From positions 1 to 60,762 of the forward strand of contig CABYCI010000003.1 in NCBI GenBank assembly GCA_902517425.1: a DNA stretch of 60,762 nt, read 5' to 3'. A program made the translations under genes and the position numbers. The notes under the pieces are model-generated. The model searched no databases. It was not told where the DNA came from and was given only the letters and a program-made list of their open reading frames with translations. This document shows positions 28,478 to 39,311 of the stretch, piece by piece. This DNA comes from an uncultured SAR86 cluster bacterium. GTDB taxonomy: Bacteria; Pseudomonadota; Gammaproteobacteria; Magnimaribacterales; D2472. How positions within the stretch are numbered: the first letter of the stretch is position 1; every line of letters begins with the position of its first letter.

Positions 28478-29914
28478 CTAAATGAATCTCGAGACATCAT
28501 TAAACACAGCAAAAATCATTAACATCATTACAAGCACGGCCCCACCTGTATAAATAAAATTTTCAACTTTTTCAGGTAACGGCTTGCCCCTGATAGCCTC
28601 TACAGCTAACAATGTTAATTGTCCTCCATCAAGTACAGGTATAGGTAGTAAATTTAAAACAGCTAGACTTATGCTTAAAAGAGCCATTAAATACATAAAT
28701 GGGAGAAAACCAGCTTGTGCAGTATTTCCTGCCATTTGAGCAATCCCAATTGGCCCGCTTAAGTTTTCAGTTCCCATATTACCAGTTAACATTTTCCCAA
28801 TAAATTGCAGTGTTTTAACACTTAAATTATATGTTTCGTATACTCCCTTTGAAAAAGACTGTCCAAAACTTCTTGAAGTTCCAAAAGAAACTCCCAAAAC
28901 ACCGACCATTTCTTCATTGTTTAATTGAGAGCCTATTGATATGGGCAAATAAAGTATCTCACCCTCTCTATTTATTTTAAATTCTAAATCAGTTTCAGGA
29001 TTATCAGAAACCACTGCTCGAATATCATTTGCAAAACTAATATTGCTGCTACCAATTTTTAAGACTATATCATTTGATTTAAGGCCGCCTTGATCGGCAG
29101 CACCGCCAGATAAAACTTTTCCTATTATTGGCATCATCATATAAGAAATATCAATGCCCATATATTCAGCAGGACTCTTTTGAGATTCAGATGTTGGTAA
29201 AAAGTCTACAACACTTACTTTAATATTTAATGGCTTTTCGATAGTTGATCTAGAAACTAAAAAATTTAATTCTCCAGAAAAACCAGCATAACTTAGTAGT
29301 TCTAGATTAATATCTTTAGCATCTTTCACAGTTGTATTATTTATTGAAAGAATCTTATCATTAGGTTCAAAAGATGAATTGCTTGTGTATGAAATACCTT
29401 GGTTAGCGCTATCAACAACTGGAACTGTTTGTGGATCAATAGTATTTAAAAAAATTGTCGTAAAAATAAATATTGAAAGTAAAAAATTTGCTAGCGGGCC
29501 TGCGAACATTATTGATGCTCTTTGCCATTTGGGTTTTGAGTCAAAAGTATTCTTTAATTGTTCAGCTGACAAGCCTTTTACAGATTCTGGTTCAAGTTCA
29601 ATCAATTTATTTGTAATCATTGATACATAGCCGCCAAGTGGAACAGCCGATAAAGCAAATTCGGTACCGTGTTTGTCATACTTTTTATAAAATACTGGGC
29701 CCATGCCAATAGAAAACCTTTGAACATGAACATTGCACATTCTTGCAACTATAAAATGTCCAAATTCATGAATTGTTACAAGAACACCAAGTAAGACAGC
29801 GAATGCTAATAGATAAGGTATTAAAGACATAATATAGCCCCAAGAATCAGTTCTATATGCATAGTAGGATCCTATAATGGATATCGCTATAAAGATTTTT
29901 AATTTTGTATTCAT
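28478..29914 (-). CDS. rseP: RIP metalloprotease RseP
   Basis: HEFGH, PLGGYV, AGPLANF, two PDZ-like regions and NLLPIPVLDGG; alternative start at ATG 29830. Confidence 0.95.
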   Translation of the reverse strand: MNTKLKIFIAISIIGSYYAYRTDSWGYIMSLIPYLLAFAVLLGVLVTIHEFGHFIVARMCNVHVQRFSIGMGPVFYKKYDKHGTEFALSAVPLGGYVSMITNKLIELEPESVKGLSAEQLKNTFDSKPKWQRASIMFAGPLANFLLSIFIFTTIFLNTIDPQTVPVVDSANQGISYTSNSSFEPNDKILSINNTTVKDAKDINLELLSYAGFSGELNFLVSRSTIEKPLNIKVSVVDFLPTSESQKSPAEYMGIDISYMMMPIIGKVLSGGAADQGGLKSNDIVLKIGSSNISFANDIRAVVSDNPETDLEFKINREGEILYLPISIGSQLNNEEMVGVLGVSFGTSRSFGQSFSKGVYETYNLSVKTLQFIGKMLTGNMGTENLSGPIGIAQMAGNTAQAGFLPFMYLMALLSISLAVLNLLPIPVLDGGQLTLLAVEAIRGKPLPEKVENFIYTGGAVLVMMLMIFAVFNDVSRFI

Positions 29915-29915
29915 A

Positions 29916-31067
29916 TCAATTAGTGATGGATTTTACCACCTTCTTCGCCTCAATGCGTGTCTGCATATCAATATCATTAATAGATTCAATTGATAAATCA
30001 TTAGACACATTCTTATTGTCAAAAGTTCTATAAATAACCTCATAAATCTTATCAAAATTTATTTTTCCATTAATAAAGCTCTCCACTGCAATTTCATTTG
30101 CTGCATTAAATACAGCACCATAATTACTTCCTTTGTTACATATTTCACGGGCGATATTTTGGATGTCTATCCTATCGGGTGGAAATTCCTGAAACGATAA
30201 ATTTAAAGATGTAAAATCTAAGGAATGGAAATCAATTGGAAGTCTATTTTCATTGGACATAGCATGAGCAATTGGAACTCTCATATCTGGTGAGCTCATC
30301 TGACAAATACTAGATCCATCTATGTAAGTTACTATTGAATGAATAATGCTTTGTGGATGAACAACTAAGTCGAAATAATTTTCATCAAGGTTGAAAAGAT
30401 ATTTTGCTTCAATAAGTTCTAGGCATTTATTGACAAGAGTAGCTGAATCAATGGTTACTTTGTTTCCCATTTTCCAATTAGGATGGGCTAATGCCTCATT
30501 AACAGTTACATTCTTTAATTCAGAAATTGACCTATTTAAGAAAGGTCCGCCTGAAGCGGTAATAATGACTTTTTTAACATCTTCTGTACCTTTTTCGCCA
30601 TTTAAACACTGGAAGATTGCATTATGTTCACTATCTATTGGAATTATTTCAGTTTTATTTTCTTTGGCAATTGGTAAAATCAAATCACCTCCGGCAACAA
30701 CACTTTCTTTATTTGCTAATAATATTTTCTTTCCCGAACTAGCTGCCATGTATGCGGCCTTTAAACCAGCAAAACCTGAAATAGCGCATACAATAATATC
30801 AACTTCTTTATGATTTATAAGATCTTCAAGTTCAGATGGAGTATTTATATATGAACAAGTATCAAAAAATTTCTTTTCTTGAAAGCAACTTACATTTTCT
30901 ATATGAACATATGAAGGAGAAAACTGTTCAATGATCTCTGTTCCTTTTGAGATATTTGTATTAAAAGAAATTCCGATGAGGTTTAACTCGTTTTGATTTT
31001 GTTTTATTACACTTAAAACACTTTTGCCAATACTTCCAGTTGCGCCAAGTAATAAAATGTTTTTCAT
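29916..31067 (-). CDS. dxr: 1-deoxy-D-xylulose-5-phosphate reductoisomerase
   Basis: LGATGSIG, LANKES, PIDSEH, TASGGPF, HPNW.MG.K.TIDSAT and NAANE motifs. Confidence 0.97.
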   Translation of the reverse strand: MKNILLLGATGSIGKSVLSVIKQNQNELNLIGISFNTNISKGTEIIEQFSPSYVHIENVSCFQEKKFFDTCSYINTPSELEDLINHKEVDIIVCAISGFAGLKAAYMAASSGKKILLANKESVVAGGDLILPIAKENKTEIIPIDSEHNAIFQCLNGEKGTEDVKKVIITASGGPFLNRSISELKNVTVNEALAHPNWKMGNKVTIDSATLVNKCLELIEAKYLFNLDENYFDLVVHPQSIIHSIVTYIDGSSICQMSSPDMRVPIAHAMSNENRLPIDFHSLDFTSLNLSFQEFPPDRIDIQNIAREICNKGSNYGAVFNAANEIAVESFINGKINFDKIYEVIYRTFDNKNVSNDLSIESINDIDMQTRIEAKKVVKSITN

Positions 31068-31732
31068 ACTACTAAGATTGTTAAAATTAATATGATAGGC
31101 GTTGCTAGAAGATGGGAATCCAATCTATCTAACGCTCCTCCATGGCCTGGCAATAATGTTCCGGTATCTTTTATATTGTTTTCCCTTTTGTGAAAACTGA
31201 TTATAAGGTCGCCAATAAATGCCAATATACCTCCAAGAATAAAAATTAATATAAGCAAGAGGCTTGATTTAAACATATTGCTAATAATAAATCCGAGGGC
31301 TGCACTTCCAATCAACCCACCAATCAAGCCTTCCCATGTCTTGTTAGGACTTATATTTGGAGTTATAAAATGCTTTCCGATATTTGAGCCTGTAACATAT
31401 GCAAAAGTATCAAAAATAGATGTGTTAAGTATTACTATTAGGAAAATAGAATAAGCTGATAGCGGTAATTCTATAGAGCTACTAAATAAAATATCTCCTA
31501 TAATTAGATTTATTAAAAGCCAAAAATATACAAAAATTAAGTTAAATCCCCAGAATATAGGATGTCTAAATTTATTTTTTAACCATTCATAATAAGCTAA
31601 AGCGCAAACCAAGGTGATTATCAAAAAAAAGAAGAAGAAGTTTTGAAGGTATATAATCAAAACAATTGGTGTAACAATAGCCAATGCTGTAAATGCTCTT
31701 TTTATAAGATTCTTGTTATATTCTTTTTCCAA
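31064..31732 (-). CDS. cdsA: Phosphatidate cytidylyltransferase
   Basis: DTFAY, ISPNKTWEG and KDTGTLLPGHGGALDRLDS motifs. Confidence 0.95.
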   Translation of the reverse strand: MEKEYNKNLIKRAFTALAIVTPIVLIIYLQNFFFFFLIITLVCALAYYEWLKNKFRHPIFWGFNLIFVYFWLLINLIIGDILFSSSIELPLSAYSIFLIVILNTSIFDTFAYVTGSNIGKHFITPNISPNKTWEGLIGGLIGSAALGFIISNMFKSSLLLILIFILGGILAFIGDLIISFHKRENNIKDTGTLLPGHGGALDRLDSHLLATPIILILTILVV

Positions 31733-32441
31733 ATCTTCTACTCACGTTTTTAAAATTATCTAAACATTGTACAAAATCTTCTTTTGTAAAATCTGGCCAA
31801 AACTTATCAATAAACATAATCTCTGCATATGCGATTTGATATAAAAGAAAGTTGCTAATTCTTTTGTCTCCTCCAGTCCTGATTAGTAAATCGATTTCAT
31901 TTACCGGTACAGATGAAAATTCATTAATAGATTCTTCATTAAGCTCTTCCAATTTTATTTTTCCTTGAGAAAATTCTTTTGAAACCTTTATTACCATATC
32001 AAGAATATCTTGTTGTCCTCCATATCCTAAAGCTACATTAAGATCTAATTGAGTATCCACACAAAGGGTTTCATTTTCAGCAAAAGATATTTTATTTTGT
32101 ATTTTTTTTCCAAAGTCATTTGTGTGACCAAAGAATTTTAGTTTAACTTTTTGTTCTTTAAGGTCCGGCACCTGTTCATTAATTGCTTCAATGACTAGGC
32201 TCTTAATAGCATTGATTTCTGTCTTAGGTCTTTTCCAGTTCTCAGAACTAAATGCATACAATGTAAGTGATTGGATGCCCTGCTTTACAGACTCTTCAAC
32301 AATTTTTTTTACGACACTAACACCTTTTTTATGACCTTGGCTTATGTTCAATGCATTTTTTATGGCCCATCTGCCGTTGCCATCCATAATTATTCCAATA
32401 TTTTTAGGATGCTTTTTGTTTTTGTTTTGGCTATTGGCCAT
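31716..32441 (-). CDS. uppS: Undecaprenyl diphosphate synthase
   Basis: IMDGNGRWA, FSSENWKRP, DLLIRTGG.KRISNFLL and RRFG motifs. Confidence 0.96.
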   Translation of the reverse strand: MANSQNKNKKHPKNIGIIMDGNGRWAIKNALNISQGHKKGVSVVKKIVEESVKQGIQSLTLYAFSSENWKRPKTEINAIKSLVIEAINEQVPDLKEQKVKLKFFGHTNDFGKKIQNKISFAENETLCVDTQLDLNVALGYGGQQDILDMVIKVSKEFSQGKIKLEELNEESINEFSSVPVNEIDLLIRTGGDKRISNFLLYQIAYAEIMFIDKFWPDFTKEDFVQCLDNFKNVSRRFGKRI

Positions 32442-32449
32442 TTGGATCT

Positions 32450-33004
32450 CTAGATTTCTAATAAATCTGATTCTTTATTCTTTAACTCTGTATCAACTAT
32501 TAAAATATATTTGTCAGTTTCTTTTTGAATAAGGTCTTCTATTCTTCTTTGCTCATCTTCAGATATTTCAGATGCTTGCTGCTTATCTTTAGCTGATTGA
32601 TTGGCATCCCTTCTCACATTCCTAATCGATACCCTTGAATTTTCTGCCTCTGCCTTTGCCTGTTTAATATAATCCTGTCTAGTTTCCTCAGTTAAAGCTG
32701 GCATAGTTAATCTTATTAGATCAGAGCTTGTACTGGGATTTAGGCCAAGATCTGAACTCAATATTGCCTTCTCTATTTCTGGTATTAGATTCTTATCCCA
32801 TGGAGATATAACTAATGATCTACCTTCTTCAACACTAATATTACTGGTTTGATTAATTGGAGTCATATTTCCATAATAGTCTACTTTTATGTCATCTAAA
32901 ATTGCAGGATTTGCTCTGCCTGTTCTAATCTTATTAAAAGCATTTCTTAGGGCAGATACTGATTTATCCATTTTATCTGAAACGTCATTAATTAAACTTT
33001 GCAT
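32450..33004 (-). CDS. frr: Ribosome recycling factor
   Basis: IRTGRANP, YYG..TP, LGLNP, P.LTEE.R and IRNVRRD motifs. Confidence 0.97.
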   Translation of the reverse strand: MQSLINDVSDKMDKSVSALRNAFNKIRTGRANPAILDDIKVDYYGNMTPINQTSNISVEEGRSLVISPWDKNLIPEIEKAILSSDLGLNPSTSSDLIRLTMPALTEETRQDYIKQAKAEAENSRVSIRNVRRDANQSAKDKQQASEISEDEQRRIEDLIQKETDKYILIVDTELKNKESDLLEI

Positions 33005-33005
33005 A

Positions 33006-33719
33006 TTAACTTATAAGTGTACCTATTTTTTCACCACAAATAATATCTTTTAAGGCATCCTTTTTACTCACCTTAAAAACATTTATAGGTAATTCATGAT
33101 CTCTGGCAAGCGTCAGAGCAGTTGCATCCATAACTTTAAGGTTTTTTGAAATAGCTTCATCAAAGGTTAGAGAATCAAAAAATTTTGCATCTTTATTTGT
33201 TTCTGGATCTGAATCATAAACGCCCTCTACTCTAGTTGCCTTCAACATTAAATCAGATTGTGTTTCAATTGCTCTTAAACAACCTGCGGTATCTGTTGTA
33301 AAAAAGGGGTTACCTGTTCCCGCAGTAAAGATAACAACGTATCCATCACTTAAGAGTTGAATAGCTAATCTTCTATCATAATGTTCAACAATTCCTGACA
33401 TTGATATTGCAGACATTACTCTTGTTTTAATACCGGCTCTTTCAAGAGCATCCCTTAAAGCAATACCATTCATTACGGTCGCTAACATTCCCATATGGTC
33501 CCCAGCAACTCTATCCATTCCAGCTTTATTTAACTTCTCACCTCTAAAAAGATTGCCGCCTCCAATTACTATGCCAATTTCTGCACCAATGTTTACACAT
33601 GATTCTACAGAAGCCGCCATATCATTGAGTACCAAAGGATCAATACCGTGATCATCTTTTCCAGCAACTGATTCTCCGCTAAATTTAACAAGAACTCTCT
33701 TATGCTTTAATACAGACAT
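33006..33719 (-). CDS. pyrH: UMP kinase
   Basis: KFSGE, GGGNLFRG, DHMGMLAT, GTGNPFFTTD and KVMD motifs. Confidence 0.97.
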   Translation of the reverse strand: MSVLKHKRVLVKFSGESVAGKDDHGIDPLVLNDMAASVESCVNIGAEIGIVIGGGNLFRGEKLNKAGMDRVAGDHMGMLATVMNGIALRDALERAGIKTRVMSAISMSGIVEHYDRRLAIQLLSDGYVVIFTAGTGNPFFTTDTAGCLRAIETQSDLMLKATRVEGVYDSDPETNKDAKFFDSLTFDEAISKNLKVMDATALTLARDHELPINVFKVSKKDALKDIICGEKIGTLIS

Positions 33720-33722
33720 ATT

Positions 33723-34580
33723 TTATTTTAATTGCTCAGCAACCTCTTCAGCAAAATCTTTTACTTCAACTTCAATGCCCTCTCCAACTTTTAACCTAGA
33801 AAAAGTCACTATGTTAGAGTCATGTTGAGAAAGATAATCACTTACAGTTAGGTCTGGGTCCTTCACAAAATTTTGAGATAACAAAGAAACCTCAGATAAG
33901 AACCTCTTGATTTTGCCATCAATCATTTTAGCCATTATTTCTTTAGGTTTTCCGGATTCATTTGCTTGATTCTCATATATTGCTCTTTCTCTATCAAGCA
34001 CATCTTTATCAATGTCATCTTCTGATAAGCATAGTGGATTAAAGGCTGAAACATGCATTGCTATGTCTTTTGCTACAACTTCATTTCCACCAGTAACCGA
34101 AACTATTGAGGCAAGTTTAGAATCAGAGTGAAGATATAGCCCGATACTCATATCTTTAGAAAACTCAACTGTACTGATTCTTCTTAGTTGAATATTTTCA
34201 CCAATTGTTTGAACAAGAGATTTTCTTTCGTCTTCTAGTTCTGATTCACTTAAAGCAGAAATGTCTGTAACTTTGTTTTGTGAAATATATTCTTTTACTT
34301 TCTCTGCAAATCCTAAAAAATTTGAATCTTTTGCTGCAAAATCAGTTTCAGAATTAATTTCAACCATAGTTGCGTAATCATCACACACAGAAGTAACAAG
34401 AATTCCATCAGCTGCTACACGAGATGATTTTTTTTCTGCTTTTAATGCACTATTAGATCTTAATAAATCTAGTGCTTTTTCAACATCTCCTTCACATTCA
34501 ACAAGCGCTTTTTTGCAATCCATCATTGCAACGCCAGTCATTTCTCTTAATTCTTTTACTTGTGTTGCCTTAATTTCCAT
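33723..34580 (-). CDS. tsf: Elongation factor Ts
   Basis: VKELREMTG.AMMDCKKAL, EINSETDF and IAMHV motifs. Confidence 0.97.
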   Translation of the reverse strand: MEIKATQVKELREMTGVAMMDCKKALVECEGDVEKALDLLRSNSALKAEKKSSRVAADGILVTSVCDDYATMVEINSETDFAAKDSNFLGFAEKVKEYISQNKVTDISALSESELEDERKSLVQTIGENIQLRRISTVEFSKDMSIGLYLHSDSKLASIVSVTGGNEVVAKDIAMHVSAFNPLCLSEDDIDKDVLDRERAIYENQANESGKPKEIMAKMIDGKIKRFLSEVSLLSQNFVKDPDLTVSDYLSQHDSNIVTFSRLKVGEGIEVEVKDFAEEVAEQLK

Positions 34581-34582
34581 AA

Positions 34583-35488
34583 CTATTTTTCCTCTTTTTT
34601 CTCATCAACATCATCTTGTTTTTCTTCAGGTGATGAATCTTCAAGCTCTATAGAATCTTTTACATCTTCTTTTAATTCTTCAGTCTCAGGGGTATTTGCA
34701 GATTCTTTTGTTTCTGCCTCTATCACTGTGTTAGAAGTTTCTTCTTTATCCTCTTTTTTAACAGTTTGTATTACTGGAGAATCAGATTTTGGAGCAAAAC
34801 CCTTAGAAGATTCAATACCACTTGAGCAAGCATCAGCTATAACCTTCGTAATTAGTCTAATTGATCTTATGGCATCATCATTACCAGGAATGACAGTATC
34901 GATACCATCAGGATCTGAATTTGTATCAACTAATGCAATTACAGGAATTCCCATCTTTTTAGCTTCAAGGACAGCTATTTTTTCGTACTTAACATCAATT
35001 ACAAAAAGTGCATCTGGCAATCCTTTCATATCTTTAATACCTCCCACACTTGCTTGTAATTTTGTATACTCTTTTTGAATTTCAACTGCCTCTTTTTTTA
35101 TAAGCTTTTCAATTCTTCCAGAAGAAATCATCTCCTCAATATCAATAAGTCTTCTTATAGAACCTCTTATTGTTTTCCAATTTGTTAATGTTCCACCAAG
35201 CCATCTTTTATCTACATATGGCAACCCTATTTGAGAAGCCTCCTCTTTAATAGTTTTACTTGCAGATCTTTTAGTACCAACAAACAATATTTTATTGCCT
35301 CTTGAACAAATATCCTCAACTTTTGAGGCTGCCGCACTAAGATGTTCTTGTGTAAGTTCTAAATTGATAATGCTTATTTGTTTTCTTGTATCAAAGATAT
35401 ATTCATCCATCTTTGGATTCCAGAATCTTTGTTGATGACCGAAATGAACGCCTGCTTGAAGCAAGTCTTTTATTGATACTATGCTCAA
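34583..35488 (-). CDS. rpsB: 30S ribosomal protein S2 with an acidic C-terminal tail
   Basis: AGVHFGH, WNPKM, RWLGG.LTN and PGNDDAIRS; TTG start preceded by AAGGAG. Confidence 0.97.
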   Translation of the reverse strand: MSIVSIKDLLQAGVHFGHQQRFWNPKMDEYIFDTRKQISIINLELTQEHLSAAASKVEDICSRGNKILFVGTKRSASKTIKEEASQIGLPYVDKRWLGGTLTNWKTIRGSIRRLIDIEEMISSGRIEKLIKKEAVEIQKEYTKLQASVGGIKDMKGLPDALFVIDVKYEKIAVLEAKKMGIPVIALVDTNSDPDGIDTVIPGNDDAIRSIRLITKVIADACSSGIESSKGFAPKSDSPVIQTVKKEDKEETSNTVIEAETKESANTPETEELKEDVKDSIELEDSSPEEKQDDVDEKKEEK

Positions 35489-35499
35489 TTTTATTCTCC

Positions 35500-35580
35500 T
35501 TAGGGGTTATTCTCCGATTCATAATAAAGCTGACTTATAAAAAAGCACCCCAACTTTATAAAAACAGAATCTTCGTGTTA
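35500..35580 (-). ncRNA. rpsB 5' leader (t44-like S2 autoregulatory element)
   Basis: Minus strand reads AACACGAAGATTC...ATAAAGTTGGGGTGC...AGTCAGCTTTAT...GAATCGGAGAATAACCCC. It has paired arms GATTC/GAATC and ATAAAGTTG/CAGCTTTAT, plus the GGGGT/ACCCC elements typical of gammaproteobacterial rpsB leaders; a TAGAAT -10-like box lies just upstream. Confidence 0.75.
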
Positions 35581-35628
35581 AAAGTTTTTGTATTCTATAT
35601 AAAAAAAGACTTTTTTAAAAGATTTAGA

Positions 35629-36276
35629 TCAATTTAATATATCTTTAAATTTATATATATTTGGCTCTAATCCAACAATAATTTTTGAGGAAAATAATGC
35701 ACCTTGAGCAAAAACATCTCTTGATAGTGCCTCATGCTTAAAATAGTTTGATTTGGTCTTGTTATAAAAAGTAACTTTATGAATTCCAAAAATATCCTTA
35801 ACTCTTTGAGAATTTACTTCTATATTCTTTATATTCTTATTTTTGTCTATTTGCTTTATTAAATCTATTAACTCAATTGCTGTTCCTGATGGTTTATCTA
35901 TCTTTTCTATATGATGTGTTTCATCTATTGCGCAATCCATTTCATCAGTTAGTTGATCTAAAAATGTTTCAATTGATTCTTTTAGGTTGTTAACACCTAT
36001 ACTCATATTTGCAGCTAATAAGATAGGTATTTTTGAGGATGCTTTTTTAATAATATCTAGATCATCTTTACTAAATCCAGTTGTACCAACTATAAGGGGT
36101 TTTTTATTCTTAACACATTCGTTAAGTATTTGTATGGTAGAAATTGGATTCGAGAAATCAATAACAACATCAGAATTTAAAAAATTCTCGACGACGAATT
36201 CATTGTCCTCTTTGATTAATTTAAGTACTGAACGCCCCATTTTACCTGAGGCACCATTTATATATATTTTATGCAT
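35629..36276 (-). CDS. dapB: 4-hydroxy-tetrahydrodipicolinate reductase (compact)
   Basis: GASGKMG, IDFS, GTTG, ANMSIGV, ETHH.EK.D.PSGTA and HEA.SR..FAQGA; ATG 36276 overlaps the dnaJ stop. Confidence 0.94.
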   Translation of the reverse strand: MHKIYINGASGKMGRSVLKLIKEDNEFVVENFLNSDVVIDFSNPISTIQILNECVKNKKPLIVGTTGFSKDDLDIIKKASSKIPILLAANMSIGVNNLKESIETFLDQLTDEMDCAIDETHHIEKIDKPSGTAIELIDLIKQIDKNKNIKNIEVNSQRVKDIFGIHKVTFYNKTKSNYFKHEALSRDVFAQGALFSSKIIVGLEPNIYKFKDILN

Positions 36277-37376
36277 CAATCTTTTATCTTTGATATTGCC
36301 TCAAGGAATGTATCAGTCCCAGGATAATTTTTAGATTGATTTAATGAGCTTGTAAATTCATTAAGAAGCTTTGCCTGTTTTTTATCAAGATTTGAAGGGG
36401 TTTCTACAATAACTCTGCACAAAATGTCTCCTCTTCTTCTATCTCTTACAATTGATGCCCCTTTACCTTTAATTCTAAAAACTTTTCCAGTTTGAGTATT
36501 AGGAGGTATTTTTAGGGATATCGTATTTTCAAGTGTTGGTATTTTAATGGAACCTCCCACAACTGAAATATCAAATGGTACTGGAGTTTCAATATATAAA
36601 TTTCTACCATCTCTTTCAAATAAAGGGCTTTCAATTACTCTTATAGCTACATATAAATCACCAGATTGACCCCCTTTCATCCATTCACCCTCTCCTGAGA
36701 GCCTTACTTTATCTCCATTATCTACACCTGCAGGAATATTAACTGACAGAGTTTTATTTTCTTTTATTGCTCCAATACCTCCACAAGTTCTGCATTTATC
36801 TTTAATAACTTGTCCAGTTCCAGAGCATACACTGCAAGTTTGTTGAACAGAAAAAAAACCTTGTTGCATTCTAACCTGACCTGTGCCATTGCAATTTGAA
36901 CATGTTACAGGACTTGTGCCTTTAGCAGCACCAATTCCATTACAGTCATGACAGACCTTATGAGAAGGTATTTTAATTTTTTTCTGAATTCCAAGAACAG
37001 CATCTTTTAATGATAATTCAAGATTATACTGAAGATCGGATCCTCTTGTTTGTCTTCTTGATTGAGAGCGAGTTCCAAAAACATCACCAAAAATGTCACC
37101 AAAAATGTCATTGATATTTACATCGTTATAACTTTGACCCCCTCCCATTCCTTCAACTCCAGAATGTCCAAATTGATCATATGCAGACTTTTTTTGTGAA
37201 TCTGAAAGAACTTCATATGCCTCTGCAGCTTCTTTAAATTTTTCTGCTGCTTCTGGATTATCTGGATTTCTATCAGGATGATATTTCATAGCTTTCTTTT
37301 TGAAAGCTTTTTTTAATTCGCCAGCTGAAGTATCTCGAGAGACTTCAAGAATTTCGTAGTAGTCTCTCTTCGACAT
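36276..37376 (-). CDS. dnaJ: Chaperone DnaJ
   Basis: HPD motif, DIF motifs and four CxxCxGxG repeats. Confidence 0.98.
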   Translation of the reverse strand: MSKRDYYEILEVSRDTSAGELKKAFKKKAMKYHPDRNPDNPEAAEKFKEAAEAYEVLSDSQKKSAYDQFGHSGVEGMGGGQSYNDVNINDIFGDIFGDVFGTRSQSRRQTRGSDLQYNLELSLKDAVLGIQKKIKIPSHKVCHDCNGIGAAKGTSPVTCSNCNGTGQVRMQQGFFSVQQTCSVCSGTGQVIKDKCRTCGGIGAIKENKTLSVNIPAGVDNGDKVRLSGEGEWMKGGQSGDLYVAIRVIESPLFERDGRNLYIETPVPFDISVVGGSIKIPTLENTISLKIPPNTQTGKVFRIKGKGASIVRDRRRGDILCRVIVETPSNLDKKQAKLLNEFTSSLNQSKNYPGTDTFLEAISKIKD

Positions 37377-37384
37377 GATCTAGT

Positions 37385-39301
37385 CTACTTTTCTTCTTCT
37401 TTTACTTCTTCAAATTCAGCATCAACGGTGTTGTCTGATGAATCTTCATTTTCAGGATTAGATTCAGCCTGTCCTTCAGGAGCTTCTTGCTTATAGAGCT
37501 TTTGCGTTAATGGAGTTAAAACATCATTTAGACTTTTTGTTGATGATTCTATCGATTCAATATTTTCAGATGCAATGGCCTCCTCTAGAGACACGACTGC
37601 ATCTTCAACTTGTTTTTTTTCATCTTCAGAAAGTTTATCTTCAGATTCTTCAATAGTTTTTCTAGTTGCATGAACTAACATGTCAGCATTATTTTTTGTT
37701 TTTACTAGTTCCTCAAATTTTTTATCATCTTCGGCATTTGCCTCTGCATCTTTAACCATTTTCTCGATATCATCATCTGACAAACCACTTGAAGCTTTAA
37801 TAACAATAGATTGTTCCTTCCCTGTATTTTTATCTTTGGCGGAAACATTAAGAATTCCATTGGCATCAAGATCAAACGAAACCTCTATTTGAGGCATACC
37901 TCTAGCAGCTGGTGGTATGTCAGTTAAATTAAACTGGCCAAGCGACTTATTTTGAGCAGCCTGTGTCCTTTCACCCTGAATAACGTGCACTGTAACAGCT
38001 GTTTGATTGTCTTCTGCTGTAGAAAACACTTGAGATTTTTGAGTTGGAATTGTTGTATTTTTTTCAATTAATGGAGTTGATACTCCTCCTAGGGTTTCTA
38101 TGCCAAGAGTAAGGGGTGTTACATCTAGCAATAGAACATCTGTTGTATCTCCAGATAAAACAGATCCTTGAATTGCTGCTCCAACCGCAACCGCTTCATC
38201 TGGATTTAGATCTTTCCTTGGATCTTTACCAAAAAATTCAGACACTTTCTTCTGAACAAGAGGCATTCTGGTTTGGCCGCCAACTAAAAGTATTTCGTTG
38301 ATTTCAGTTTTATCTAATTGTGCATCTTTTAATGCTAATTTAAGTGGCTCTAAACTTTTATCAACTAAGTCTTCAACAAGAGATTCAAGTTTAGCTCTTG
38401 TTATCTTATGAACAAAATGTTTCGGTCCAGAGCTATCCGCAGTAATATATGGAAGATTAACTTCTGTTTGTTCAGAAGAAGATAACTCAATTTTTGCTTT
38501 TTCAGCAGCTTCTTTTAGTCTTTGAAGCGCTAATGGATCACTTTTTAAATCAAACCCTGATTCTTCTTTAAATTTATCAACAAAATAATCTATTAATCTA
38601 AGATCAAAATCTTCACCACCAAGAAATGTATCGCCGTTAGTTGATAGGACTTCAAATTGATGCTCTCCATCCACATCTGAAATTTCAATAATTGATATAT
38701 CAAAGGTACCGCCACCTAGATCATATACAGCAACGGTAGAATCTCCTTTGCTTTTATCCAGGCCATAAGCAAGCGCTGCTGCAGTAGGCTCATTGATTAT
38801 TCTTTTAACATCAAGACCTGCAATTTTTCCAGCGTCCTTTGTAGCTTGTCTTTGAGAATCATTGAAATAGGCTGGTACAGTAATGACTGCCTCCTTCACT
38901 TCATGACCTAAATAATCTTCTGCCGTCTTCTTCATTTTTTTGAGGACCTCGGCTGCTACTTGAGGCGGTGCTAATTTCTTATTTGATGCTTCTACCCATG
39001 CGTCCCCATTATCAGCTTTTATAATTTTATAAGGAACCATATCAGCATCTTTACTTACTACTTCATCATCAAATGTTCTTCCTATAAGCCTTTTGATTGC
39101 ATATAACGTATTTTCAGGATTTGTGACTGCTTGTCTTTTTGCAGGCAATCCAACTAAAACTTCATCATTATCGGTATATGCGATTACAGATGGAGTAGTC
39201 CTTCCACCTTCTGCATTTTCTATAACTTTTTGTTGTTGTCCTTCAACAACAGCAACACAACTATTTGTTGTTCCTAAATCAATCCCTATTATTTTTGACA
39301 T
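37385..39301 (-). CDS. dnaK: Chaperone DnaK
   Basis: [25 protein letters not shown] and DAEFEEV motifs. Confidence 0.99.
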   Translation of the reverse strand: MSKIIGIDLGTTNSCVAVVEGQQQKVIENAEGGRTTPSVIAYTDNDEVLVGLPAKRQAVTNPENTLYAIKRLIGRTFDDEVVSKDADMVPYKIIKADNGDAWVEASNKKLAPPQVAAEVLKKMKKTAEDYLGHEVKEAVITVPAYFNDSQRQATKDAGKIAGLDVKRIINEPTAAALAYGLDKSKGDSTVAVYDLGGGTFDISIIEISDVDGEHQFEVLSTNGDTFLGGEDFDLRLIDYFVDKFKEESGFDLKSDPLALQRLKEAAEKAKIELSSSEQTEVNLPYITADSSGPKHFVHKITRAKLESLVEDLVDKSLEPLKLALKDAQLDKTEINEILLVGGQTRMPLVQKKVSEFFGKDPRKDLNPDEAVAVGAAIQGSVLSGDTTDVLLLDVTPLTLGIETLGGVSTPLIEKNTTIPTQKSQVFSTAEDNQTAVTVHVIQGERTQAAQNKSLGQFNLTDIPPAARGMPQIEVSFDLDANGILNVSAKDKNTGKEQSIVIKASSGLSDDDIEKMVKDAEANAEDDKKFEELVKTKNNADMLVHATRKTIEESEDKLSEDEKKQVEDAVVSLEEAIASENIESIESSTKSLNDVLTPLTQKLYKQEAPEGQAESNPENEDSSDNTVDAEFEEVKEEEK

Positions 39302-39311
39302 ATTATTTCCT

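Noticed and set aside
34560-35078. 172-aa plus-strand Ser-rich ORF
   Set aside because: Antisense shadow of the Glu-rich rpsB tail (GAA codons read TTC/TCT on the other strand); no independent signal.
35386-35637. 83-aa plus-strand ORF across the rpsB leader
   Set aside because: Overlaps the rpsB start and the structured leader on the other strand; no motif. The leader explains the spacer.
37075-37111. Short tandem repeat CCAAAAATGTCA in dnaJ
   Set aside because: Encodes the normal [12 protein letters not shown] motifs of the G/F region; not a CRISPR or contingency repeat.
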